A DNA stretch of 64,000 bases from Eledone cirrhosa (GCA_964016885.1 OZ024745.1:104036001-104100000); one strand, 5' to 3'; counted from the first letter of the stretch, positions 39,760 through 52,599 are shown. Translations and numbers: made by a program. Notes: generated by a model not told the origin, from the sequence alone.

Positions 39760-42672
39760 TGTAGCGACGTGGTTAGTCAGTCTGGTCACTACTTCTGATC
39801 AGATCCGAGAATAGCCCTTAGAAGGACTGTTATTGCATATAGCCCTTAAAAGAACTGTTGAGGATGGACAGACGAAAGCACAAGTTGAAAGGACGAAGCA
39901 AGGCGAAATGTAAATTCGATCAGCTATTTATTTTCACATGAAGTGACGATACGAGGTACAAGGCGTGTGTGAGTGACAAAGTATGGCAGAGTAAAGGAGC
40001 AACGATGCGCTAGCTGACTCTGCCAAAAGTCGACTCGCGAAGTGTTTGGAACCACTCTATTTATACAGAAATAATCGTTTGATGTTTAGCCGCTGTGTAG
40101 GCGTTTATTCTGGTAACTTCTAAGGGTTCTTTTGTTTCACTGTGAGGTAGCTAGCTAACAGGTAGATGGCGCTGTATATTTCACAGTTGTTATTTCCGGT
40201 GGCTGTACATTAGCCCCCTGCCAGATCTTTTGTACAACAAAAGAGTGAAATATCGTATAGTAATGGGCCAGTGATGCATTTGTCATGACAATAGCCCCAG
40301 GAGTGTCCAGCACGTTGTAAAATTTTGTGATCATCGAGTACAGGACAGAGTCGATGTAGAGATGATATGGCAAGATGTGTGTGTCAGGAAGAGAAAAAAG
40401 AAATAAACTATAAAATGACTTTGACCAGATTTATGCAGGCGTGATGAATGAGCCTGTTGCAATTTGGGTTGAGCTGCCTGTGAATTGCGTGACAAAAAGT
40501 CTAACTGGGCAGTGAAGATAACCGTAATGTGTGAACTGAATGGCCGTAAGCATGCTGCCTAAAAGTAACAGTGTGCTCCACAGCATATGACTTGAGCGAA
40601 TGCATGTGGTAAAAAAATAGCAAGGCATTCTCGAGCTATTGAGTGAATGTGTACGTGAAAAAAGAAGGCTAGTGTTTTGAGGATGCGATTTGTGAAATGC
40701 GTGATCAAAGAGAAAACATTTTGTAGTGTAAAAGTTAGAGGGACACAAATATCTATTGCTCCTGATACCGTAACGTTGGAAAAGGAGATCTAAGTGCTTC
40801 TCGTGTTCCTGCTCAGAAGTACATGCTACCAGCACGTCGTCAATATATGCGTATACGAAGGGTAGATCGTGTAACACGGTGTCCATAAACCGCTGAAAAG
40901 TTTGTGCAGTGTTGCGCAGACCGAACAGCATTCGCAGAAATTCTAATAAACCAAATGGTGTTGTGATTGCGGTCTTCGGAATATCTGCAGGCTCCATAGG
41001 TATCTGGTTAAATGCACGCACCAAATCTATCTTGGACAAGATGCATGCGCCTTGCAGAGAGGCAGAAAAATCGTGCAGGTGAAGTACAGGGTAATTATCG
41101 GGCACTGTAGAACTGTTAAGTGCACGATAATCCCCACATGGTCGCCAATCATTCTCGTTTTTTTTAGGAACAAGGTGTAGGGGTGCAGACCAGTTGCTGG
41201 AAGAAGGGCGAATGATTCTGAGATCCAGCATGTGTTGGAACTCCTGCTTGGCGATTCTCAATCGGTCTGGAGGCAGTCTCCTTGGTCGGGAAGCTGTGGG
41301 TGGTCCCTTTGTCTCGATGTGGTGCGTGACACTACGCTTAATAGGACCATCCTTAAATACCGAGTGAGTGATGTCTGGGTATTTCTGGAGAATGCCGTTG
41401 TACCGCGAAGGCTCTGACTGGCAAATTACAGGGCTCACTGTGGATTGCATGGTAAATATACCTCTCACAGTGAGGTTTATGATGGTGTCATTAAGCCTCC
41501 GGTTCTTCATATCCACCAGAAGGTTGAAGTGGTGGAGAAAATCGGCTCCTAGGATAGGGGTCGGCAGGTCTGCCATGACGAACACCCATTGATAATGCTG
41601 CCTCAGATCTAAATTGAGGGTCAGTAATTTTTCCCCGAAAGTCGGAATTGACGATCGGTTCACTGCCTGCAGAAAGGACGGGGTTGGGTGTCTTTTGCCC
41701 GAGATTAGTGAAACAGGAATAACACTAACTTGGGCTCCTGTTTCCACGAGGTAACGGATGCCTGTCGCCTTGTCGTTAATAAAAAATAGACGACTTTTCT
41801 TTTCAGTACCAGGGGTGAATGTTGTCGCTAGGCCCTGGGTGGTATTCCGGAAAGAGCACGGGGCTTTGCACTTAGATGCCTGTGCGCCGAAATTTGAGTG
41901 ATACCAGCAGAGGTTGCCAGGCACACGATTTTGACTGGGACTTCTGGATCTTCGACTGTGAAACGGCCTGGATCGACTGTTGCTGCATCGCCGGTGTGTT
42001 TGAAAGGTCAAGTTCTCTACTTGATTCAAGAGGGCTTTAATTTGACCAGCCTGCTCTCTAATTATAGCCCGCAGCTCTGAAATCTCAGCCTCTGTCGTTG
42101 GTTGCGACATGTCCATGTTGGTATCTTCTTAGGTGCTGTCTGGTTGCGCGTTTGACTCACGTCCGGGTCACCAATTGTGGCGACGTGGTTAGTCAGTCTG
42201 GTCACTACTTCTGATCAGACCCGAGAATAGCCCTTAGAAGGACTGTTATCGCATACGGTCTGATCAGATCTGAAGATAGCCCTTAAAAGGACTGTTGTTG
42301 CATATAGCCCTTAAAAGAACTGTTGAGGATGGACAGACGAAAGCACAAGTTGAAAGGACGAAGCAAGGCGAGATGTAAATTCGATCAGCTATTTATTTTC
42401 ACATGAAGCAAGGATACGAGGTACAAGGCGTGTGTGAGTGACAAAGCGTGGCAGAGTAAAGGAACAACGATGCGCTAGCTGACTCTGCCAAAACTCCACT
42501 CGCGACGTGTTTGGAACCACTCTATTTATACAGAAATAATCGTTTGATGTTTAGCCGCTGTGAAGGCGTTTATTCTGGTAGCTTCTAAGGGTTCTTTTGT
42601 TTCACTGTGGGGTAGCTAGCTAACAGGTAGATGGCACTATATTTGACAGATGTTATTTCCGGTGGCTGTACA
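39760..42672 (-). mobile_element. Ty3/Gypsy LTR retrotransposon, internally deleted, in the DRC3 5'UTR intron (antisense)
   Basis: LTRs 39760-40209 and 42176-42672 (TG..CA, roughly 95% identical by eye), 4-bp TSD AATG, tRNA-Trp PBS next to the 5' LTR, purine tract next to the 3' LTR. Confidence 0.95.
40431..42116 (-). pseudogene. Truncated gag-PR-RT ORF of the Gypsy element
   Basis: CWYH..FG..A.KC..PC knuckle, protease YLVETGA (catalytic D>E), RT motifs [15 protein letters not shown] and YIDD. Homology stops near 40765, with no RNase H or integrase. Confidence 0.9.
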
Positions 42673-43677
42673 AATGTATGTAATTTTTGGAGTCCAGGAT
42701 TTATATAGCTAATCTAACACATGGCAGCTCACACCTGCAATGTGTAGGGATGTGATAAAGGGGACCAAGAATACCAGAAGTCTTCACTGATACAGGTGAT
42801 AATTGATGTTAGTGTATAATTGTTAAATTGTCTCTCATTTTAATGAGGCTTGCTATTTATGGTGTGCAATTGTGACTAAATGTTTTATGTTGCCTTGAGG
42901 GATAGGTTTTTTAAATGTTTCAATAATTATTTTCTTGAATATATGCACTGCAGTATGTATGTTGGTTCCTTCCTGTCGTGTCCACAAAAGTGTCAGTTAC
43001 AAAGCTTGGCTAGATGTGGTTCCACCACAGCTGAACTCATTGCTGTCCTTTCTCATTAAACTCTGCCAAGTCCAATGTTGCGCAGGGGATATATCAGGAA
43101 GTGCTGCGTAGTCTGTGGTTCGATGCTGCAGTCACACACAACATCACCATCCTTTAAATATCCCCATTTTGGAAGAGTGACTTTTGCATGCCCAACACCA
43201 GAACTTAGTCTGTTTAGGCATTTCTACACTTGTATAGTTTGTATCGGCCTAGAACGATGTTGGACTTACGATCATGATATCGTCGGTTCGATTCATGGAC
43301 AGGATGCTGTATTGTGTTCTTGAGCAAAACACTTTTTTTCATGTTGCTCCAGTACACTCACCTCAGAGTAAGTACCAGCAATAGCTGGGGAAGTAATCCT
43401 ACAATAGACTGGCATCTTGTCCTGAGAAAGTCTTATACTCTGAGCTGCTTAACACCAGGGATAAGTTCCAGCCTGATGAGCATTTGGCTTAGAACAGACT
43501 TTAACTAACTATTAAAAGTAGTGGTTGGAGGGGGGGGGGGCATGCTTCAATGTAATATTTGTAGTATGGTTTTGAAGTTATTACTCCTAGTTTAACACCT
43601 TAACAATTCAACTACCACATTTCTGTTATCATATCTATGCTATTTGATTATTTTATATTTTTTATTTCTTAGTTACA

Positions 43678-43837
43678 ATGAGTCGCCTCTATGATTCCAT
43701 TGAACCTGCAGTTGTTGATGAATCGATGTTACGCCAGGCGGTAGAAGAACAAGGACCAAAATATGAAGCTGGAGAAATTGTTAAAAAAGAAGGCATTGAT
43801 TTTGCTTATGTTCTAAATCTCAGATTAGATTTTAAAA
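43678..43837 (+). CDS. DRC3: DRC3/LRRC48 dynein regulatory complex subunit 3, coding exon 1 (MSRLYDSIEPAVVDESMLRQAVEEQGP...LRLDFK)
   Basis: Matches the DRC3 N-terminus (EPRVMDDDMLKLAVGDQGPQEEAG...LQLDF). A|GTATGT donor, phase 1. Confidence 0.95.
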
Positions 43838-45158
43838 GTATGTCATACATTCATTTCATTTTCTTTCCTTTTATTTCTTTCATTCACTAATTGGGGTCTT
43901 TCATTCTGGTTTTTGTTTGAAGCTCACATCTTGTGTAGAGATAATTCTGACCATTTTACATGAAAGCAGAGTTTTCAATTGATATTTTTAAAATATCATT
44001 TTGATTAGTAATTAAAAGTATCAAATATTGATTTCTAATTTAAGCTTAAGGCCAGTAAATATAAGGGAAGGACAAAGTTGATTAAATCAACTCCAATACT
44101 TGACTGATACTTTATACTATTGACCCCATTAAGTATCAAATATTAACTACAAAAGCTTTAATATTTACTGTCCTTTTTTTAAAAATGAAGTAGTATCTTT
44201 TTAGAATGAAAGAATATAACCATTCTATTTATTCAATAAATGACACTATAGAGGACATTATATAAATGTGAAGTGCATTGAGAATGTCTTTCAATAAAAT
44301 GTTGTCTTTTGTCATGTTTGACATGAAATCTAATGAGTCAACATTAAAAAATGAAGGGTTTTTTTGTTGCATTGAATCACATGGACAATTCTCCAAAGTA
44401 TTCTGTTTAGATTTGTTGTGAAAGTATTTTTTAAAAATAATTTTAATGATGGTAGGCATTGTCATAAAGTAGAGGCAAATTGCCAATGAGAAAGTCTTAA
44501 AACTTGAAATTGCAATTTTATTTTATTTAGAAGGGCATCCACCAGTAGAAATCTAGCCAGAAACAGTTCTAGCAAGACATGGTCACCTGACCCAACTTGC
44601 CTCAAATGTGACAACCCATATAACCCATGCTAGCGTGGAAAGTGGACGTCAAATGATGATGATGATAATGTTCCCCTCAGTTATATTGCTAATAGGCATG
44701 AGAAAGGCATGAACATCTAGCCCTTATACCTATGTAAAACACCAATATAGGAATTTTATTTTATATAAATATATTCCCTCATTTATATTGCTAAGCGCTA
44801 TGAGAAAATGGCATGAACATCACAACACATACCTTGAAAACCTCAACCCTCATATCTGTGTAAAATATCAATATTATGATAAGTGCTTTCAAAGATTACA
44901 TTAGACACTCAATACAAAAATTGTTTTCCGTTTTTTTTTTATATTGGCATAAAACTAATTATATACAATACATGTAGAAGAAAATATAGATTATTTCTAT
45001 TTATCTATCAGTTATATTGTTGGACTGGAGATAGCTACTGAATTGTATTTTATTCATTTCTTAGGCCCAAATACTATTTTGAAATAATGAATGAGCTTAG
45101 TTGTTTGATTGTGAATTTAATGTTTTTACTAGCACAACATCATAGATTCAAATAAGAC

Positions 45159-45290
45159 CACATCTAAACAGAGAGACCTGAGATCTGTAGTACTGTAGTA
45201 AACATACCATTTAAAACTGCCTGTAAAGGCAGTTTTAAATGGTATGTTTACTACAGTACTACAGATCTCAGGTCTCTCTGTTTAGATGTG
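45159..45290. repeat. Perfect 64-bp inverted repeat with 4-nt loop
   Basis: Arms 45159-45222 and 45227-45290 are exact reverse complements. Confidence 0.95.
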
Positions 45291-45659
45291 CGTACTGTAA
45301 GCCGTAGTGAAGGCAACCCAACTAGGAGAGCAGACACTCCAAATATAAACTAACACAGGGTGGAGAAAACTCTTGAGTCCAGTAAGATAACCTCTCTAGT
45401 GCTGGTGGCATGAATATTTCACCCAATCCATACTGTAAAGTGGTTGGTGATAGGAGGGACATCCAGCCAGAAAAAAACCTGCCAAAATATGAACAGTACG
45501 ACAAACAGCTCCCACAAATTGTGTATACAGGGCTAACATTAGTCATGTTAGTGCTGCACACGGTAATGGGGTAGCTAGAATTGCTATGTGCAAGAACTCC
45601 TCGACCATCATCAGGCAATCACAAAACCCCTTTCCCTTTCAGACACACAAAACTTCTAC

Positions 45660-45863
45660 TCAAGGAAATAAAACTGCAGTAGAAGTAGACCAAGAAAGAC
45701 CTGGGCAGGGGTTTTGAGAGCTGACCTCAAATCACTGAGACTCACAGAGGTGATGACAAAGGATATATAAAGATGAAGAGATGCTGTGCTGAGAAGGACC
45801 CATCCAACCCATGCAATCGTAGAAAAGCGGACGTAAAAAAAACGATGCTGATGATGATGATGA
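45660..45863 (+). mobile_element. RTE extreme 3' end running directly into the hairpin/(ATG)n tail
   Basis: RSRPRKTWAGVLRADLKSLRLTE..., then CCCATGCAATCGTAGAAAAGCGGACGT and (ATG)n. Confidence 0.8.
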
Positions 45864-48369
45864 ATGCTTTGCATTATTCATTTCGGCTCTTTGCTCTCTG
45901 AGTTTGAATCTTGCCAAGGTCAACTTTGCCTTTCATCCATTTGAGATTGATAAAAAAAAGTACCAGTCAAGTACTGAAGTCAATTCTTTCTCTATGCCTC
46001 TCTTTCTCTGGAAGAAATCTGCTCTATTCAGACCTGGAGAGGTTATGGTCTCTGCCAGGTTTTAAAATGCCGTAGAAATGTCATATGTGAATACAGTGCC
46101 CCCTACGATTCTCTCAGGAGTTACAGGACCATGCCATGCATTATGGATGTAGTACAGCCAAATTGTTAAGGATTTTGCCTTGCAATTATTAGGTCCTGGG
46201 TTCAGTCTAGTTGCATGGCATCTAACTTCAGAACAACCTATACCTTTTGAGTGAAACTTGGTTGACAGAAAATATTTTGAAACCTATCAGATGGACTGTA
46301 CTTGTTATTCAAAGGGCCAGCTTTGACATGCAGAATATCACACTGAATCTTGCTAAGAATTATGTGGTGGGTACACATGTCTATGGAATGTTCAGCCACC
46401 AGCAGGCTGTTCCATTGATTGAACAACTGGAACACTCATTGTCACAACTGACAGAAGTCCACTTCTTCCATAACAACATACTCCTGTGGAACATTGGAGA
46501 TGCTCTCTCAAAACAACATAGTACATGGTGTTGTTGATATCTCAAACAAATCCTTAAATGCAAGAGAAGTTTACTTACCAGGGAGATACACTTTGAAATA
46601 TCTGTACCAGTTCTTTTTTTTTTTTTCTTTCCCAAGCCTGGAGGATCTAAGGCCGATGCTTATCCTGGTTTCCTTGGTTTTAACAGACAAAGAGTATAAG
46701 AGACTTCCCCCACTGGACAGGATGCCAGTCCATGCAGGGTTAACCTCCAGCTGCTGCTGGTACTCATTTTAAGCTGCATGTACAGGAGCAATGTGAAATG
46801 AAGTGGTAGTGATAACAGTGATGATGATGATTCCTTTCACAACTATAAGGTCACCAAATCATGTGCTTCACTTGCATTGTAGTATGTGGGTTACCAACAC
46901 TGTGTACAAAATCTGGAGGAAGCCACTCACTGCCATCAACTTTGTTTATCAATATTCAGTGGTGTTAACTGTAGGAATGTTATTTAAGGAACCATTTTAG
47001 TTGCGGAATTACAAATAGGAGAATTCTAAAAAGTTAGTAGAAAGCCTTTCGAGAGGGGACATGAACAAAATATGGTCACCTGACCTAGCATTGCCCACAA
47101 CAGGACAATTCATCTAACCTATGCTAGCATGAAAAAATGGACGTAAAATAGTGATGATGATGATGATATAGTATATGGGGCTACCATAATCTTTTTAGTG
47201 CTTAGGGCCTCTAAAGATCTTAATCCAGCCTTGGGTATATAGAAAGCTTGCCCTCAGCCATTGCAATGTTTGCAATAACACAATCAAGAAAGCAAAGGCT
47301 GCTTTCTTTCACTTCATGTTTTAAAAGATTTTTTTGTCTCCCAAATTTTATCTGAACATCTTGGTCCCCTCTCCAAAGGCTTTCTACTAACTTTTCAGAA
47401 TTCTCCTATTTGTAATTCCGCAACTAAAATGGTTCCTTAAATAACATTCCTATAGTTAACACCACTGAATATTGCTTGTTTTACTTCCATTACCATACTA
47501 GACACTATGACAAATCGTAACCCTTTAGCATTTACATTATTCTATATATACTATTGTATTTTCATGGTAAACACTTTATTTCACATAAATATCTCAATAA
47601 TAATATCGAATCTACGAGATTTTGATATTATTTATTTTGAGAACAATATCTTATCAATTCTGGCCAGATATGGTCAGTTTAAATGCTATAGGGTTAAATA
47701 ACATTCTTACAGTCTGCACGTCAGTATGTGTTGCTTGCTTTACGTCCATTACCATACTGGACACACACAACAAACCTTTGTTGATCTTTTTTGTTTGATC
47801 ATTTGAAGTTGAAGTCTTTCCTTTTCATGTAATTTATCTTGGACAAGTCTGTTTGGCAGAATGCATCACTTTTCAAACAATATTCATGGCGGGATTGCAG
47901 TCAATTAAATGAGGCTCTTAGTGTCTACAATGGGAAAATTGCAACATCTCTGGTGCCTATTTATAGTAAGGGGTTACCGCATCTGATATGTCTCACAATG
48001 GGACAACACGTCTAACCCATACTAGAGTGGAAAATGGACATTAAATGATAATGAGGTGCTAAGTTTGAGAGAGTTAAGTGACATGGTGTGGTGTTGATAT
48101 CAGGATATGAAACAACAATCCTTTCGTCATTACACAACATCCTATTGTTTGGCTATCTATAGAAAACTATACATGCAACATGACTGTGACTAATTTTAAC
48201 AAAGTCTATCAAAACAACAATATAAGTAATATTCTCATTTTTAATTCTATTTTATTGTCTTTTATTCCCTTTATTTGTGTATATGGTGTAATTGTTGTTG
48301 CTTGTAGTATATTATTTGAGGTTGACATGAAACGGAGTGTTTATTTTTGTTTTGAGTACTTTATATAGC

Positions 48370-48372
48370 AGC

Positions 48373-48405
<33 letters not shown>

Positions 48406-48722
48406 TGTAGTAGTAGTAGTAGTAGTGGTGGTGGTGGTGGTGGTGGTAGTGGTGGCAGTGGTGGAGGAGGTAGTGGTAGTAGTGGTGGTGGTGGTGGTGG
48501 TCATGGTGGTAGTGGTAGTAGTGGAAGTGGTGGTGAAAGGTGGTGGTGGTGGTGATAGTGGCGGCAGCGGTGGTGGAGGTTGTGATGGTGTTAGTAGTAG
48601 TAGTAGTGTAGGTGGTGGTGGAGGAGGGGGTAATAGCAGTAGTAGTAGTAATAATAGCAGTAGTAGTAGTAATAGTGGCAGTGGTGTAGGTGGTGGTGGA
48701 GGATATAATGGTAGAAGTAGTA
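48370..48722. repeat. (GGT/AGT)n compound trinucleotide tract
   Basis: Seen directly. Confidence 0.95.
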
Positions 48723-49781
48723 GTTTATCAAACTAAACCATACTGATTTAAAATGAAATTATTACACTGGTTGCATGAATTTTATTGTGCTAGGTCTGCA
48801 ATTTTATTTAGCTCGATTCTGTTCAACTATGAATATAGGGTTGGCTTCCCTTTATCTGTTAGGTTCCCTGAGGTACATAGATTGATGCAGTGTCAAACTT
48901 TGGTCTTAAACTCATGACATTTAAGTCAATAATCCAATACCTTTACTAACTCATCAATATATAGTTGGATGTAAATATTCTCTCAAGAGATTTATGCCAA
49001 AGATGAAATTTTAGCTTTTGTTGGATCTGAAAAAGTTAAAATTGAAGCTAAAATCAGACATATAATTTTTATTTTGCTGGCCTTGTGTCTAAATCAGAAA
49101 CCATTATTTGATACTAGTACATAACCCATTGTTTTACAGTTGAAATGATAGTGGATTGGCAGTATTGGTAGAGGGTCGGACGCCATGCTTTGTAGCGTAG
49201 AGTTACGGCCCTTTACGGTCTGAGTTCAAATCCCGCCGAGGTTAACTTTGCCTTCCATCCTTACGGGGTCGATAAAATAAAGTACCAGTAATACATTAGG
49301 TATTTGCTGGCCTTGTGCCAAATGTAAAAACAATTATTATTATTATTATTTTCATTAAACATCAACAGTTATGTTTGGTGATATTGTTGTGCTCATAGTT
49401 TTTGGCAGTAGTATATATACTGGTTGGATGCCCTTCCTAACACCAGCACCACTTTACAGCATGGACTGGGTGCTTTTATTCGTGCCACCAGCACTAGAGA
49501 GGTTGTCGTACTGGACTCAGGGGCCCTCTTTACCCCTCCATTTTACAGCATGGACTAGGTGCTTTTCTTCGTGCCACCAGCATTAGAGAGGTCGTCTTAC
49601 TGGACTCAGGGTCCCTATCCACCCCTCCATTTTTACAGCATGGACTGGGTGCTTTTATTCGTGCCACCAGCACTGGGAAGTTGTCTTACTGGACTTAGGG
49701 GACTTCTCTACCCCGCACCAATTTATTCGGAGTGGTAGCTCTCCTAGACGGGTTGCCTACACTACGGGTTACGGAGCCTCC

Positions 49782-49825
<44 letters not shown>

Positions 49826-50170
49826 GAAGGCTCCGTAAGCCGTAGTGTAGGCACATGGCTTAGTGGTTAGAGCATAGGCCGGGTGATGTGTTGTTTCCTT
49901 GAGCAAGACACTTTATTTCACATTGCCCCAGTTTACTCAGCTGTAGAAATGAGATGATAGGAACTGGGGTCCATATCATTCCACTGCAAAGTGGTCGTGG
50001 AGGTGCCACGGCAAAAAGGCACCCAGCACTCTCTGTAAATGAGGTTGGTGTTAGGAAGGGCATCCAGCTGTAGAAATCAAGCCAAAATCAGTTCCTGTCC
50101 CACCCTTGCAAGCAGGGAAAAGCGGACGTAAAATGATGATGATTATGATGATATATATGTATATTTATAT

Positions 50171-51671
50171 ATCATCATCATCATCATCGTTATTATGTCC
50201 GTTTTTTCGATGCTTGCATCGTTTGGACGGGTCCTTCTCAACAAAGCATCTCTCCATTTGCGACATTTCTTTATCATCTCCTCTGTGAGTCTCAGTGATT
50301 TGAGGTCAGCTCGCACCATCTCTGCCCAGGTCTTTCTTGGTCTACCTCTACTTCGACTTCTACTGGCATTTTCTGGCACTTCTTCACACATCAGTCATCA
50401 TCAATGTGCACCACATCAGTCTTCTCTCCTGCACACCACCTCAGATTCCTCTTAAACCTAGTTTCTCTCTTGGTCCATCCAAGCTCTGCCTTTCTCTCAC
50501 CTTTACATTGAACATCCAACAAAGCATGGTTGCTCTCCAGTCTATTCAGGTCCTCTGCAGTCACAGCCCATGTTTCACTACCATGCAGCATCACACTTTG
50601 CACATAGGCATCATACAGTTGTCTTTTTTACATAGGGAGAAACCCTTTGTTGTCAACAGTGGGAGTAGCTCTTTAAGCTTCTTCCATCCTATCCTTATTC
50701 TAGCTATTATGCTCTCAGAGCATCCTCCTCCACTGTTAACTAAATCACCTAGAGAGCAGAAGCTATCAACAACTTCTATGGACCCTTCGTGTGACTTGAA
50801 GAGGTTTATATCACTAGTGCTTTTCCCCTCAATTTCTCCTGTGAATCTTCTACATACAAAGTCTTCCTTTCCTGTTAGTCTACCTGTTATCCCACTATAT
50901 CTCCTGTGTACCCAAGATTTACATTGTGTACACCAGATGGAGTTTATACCTACTTCTTTTCTACATACTGAGCAGGGCCACTTTCTTGAAGGGATCAGAA
51001 TCCTATCTTCTTTCCTACTCACTAGCACTTTACTTTTGGCTAAGTTTACTCTCTGACCTTTTGATTCCAAATTCCATTCTTTTATGGATTTGGCTATAAG
51101 GACCAAATCATCTGCATAGTGAAGATTCCATGGGCAGCCGGTTTCAAACTCCTCTGTTATGGCCTGGAGAACTTTGATGAGCAGCAGTGGGCTAAGAACC
51201 GAACCTTGATGAATTTCTCACTAAACTCACCTCCTACTTTCACTTTGTCAGCTACTCTTTACATGGCCTACATTGCTCTCACAAACCATTCTTCTACACC
51301 CAATTTCTTTAAGAACCACCAGATAATGGATTGAGACATTCTGTCAAAGGCGTTTTCTAGATCATAAAAAGCTATAGGGGCTTATTCTTGGCTAGGAACT
51401 TCTCCTGTAGTTGTCTCACTAAGAAGAAGACATCTGTAGTTCTTTTCCCAGGCATGAAACGAAACTGCATCATGTCTAATTTTACTCTATCCACTGTGCT
51501 GTTCCACCACCAGGTCACCCTCTGTCTGGCTGGTACTTTACTCCAGCCACAAGTCTTGTCAGTGGTTTGCAAAAGGTTGTAGCATAAAAATTTCCAGTTG
51601 TCCTCTACGTTATATGTAGCTAGTTCATCACCCTTCTCATCTACTGCATCCTGTAGGGCCTTTCTAAACAC
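50171..51671 (-). mobile_element. RTE LINE 3' portion (RT remnants, PHD-like Zn finger, C-terminus, tail), with deletions
   Basis: QFRFMPGKRTTD, HQGSVLSPLL, YADDLVL, WPCSVC...WCTQCKSWVH and GRPRKTW motifs. Confidence 0.88.
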
Positions 51672-52599
51672 CTATATATATATATATATATATAGTAATA
51701 ATAATAAATTTGAAGACTAAAGTCCAAAGAGGGCTCGATAAGGATAAATATATATCAAATATATAAGAACCGTAGAGCAAATATTTATTAAAATAACAGA
51801 TTAAAGTTTAAGCAAAGAATCGCTGCTTTCACCCTTAACGGGATCTTCTGAAACTAACAAAGTCAATCTGTAAATGCAGAGCTGGATATTTAAAAAAACG
51901 TTGCAACCGGAGGAAGACAGGAAGATGATACTTTGGTTCGTGGAAACGTTCGCTGGCAAAGAACGGGAAAGAACGAATAATACGTCATTAATAGGAGCAG
52001 TGAAAAACAATTACGCGCAAAGACAGAACCACGTTTATGGTATAAAAGAGGTCATAGACTAATGTTCTCTTAGGTGGTTCATAGAGACGTTCTCTGGCAA
52101 TGAACGAAAAAACGAAGATAATACGTCATATGTGGAGCGTGGAGAACAATAGCACGCAAAGACACAACCACGTAAATGGTATAGCGGAAGTCGTAGACTA
52201 AAATTCTAACTAGGAGACCAAATGAATCTCCGCTACAGAGTTAAGAACAAAGTAAATAAATACAATACAGAAGTAATAGAAATAAATAAATACATACACG
52301 CAAACAAATACGTACATACACAAGCATACGCAAAAACTTACCATAGGTATACAAAACCACGCCCATATAAATATGTGTGTGTGTATGCGTGTATACAAAT
52401 AAATAAATAATTATATAAACGTATATAAATAAATAAATACGTATATAACAAGCGCACACACATACCCACATATAAATACACGGACGTTCATTGCCAGAGA
52501 ACGTCTCTATGCACCACCTAAGAGAACATTAGTCTATGACCTCTTTTATACCATAAACGTGGTTCTGTCTTTGCGCGTAATTGTTTTTCACCGCTCCTA

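Noticed and set aside
48337-48736. Gly/Ser and poly-Val ORFs (also poly-His/Ile at 57280-57562)
   Set aside because: Trinucleotide microsatellites within DRC3 introns with no splice support.
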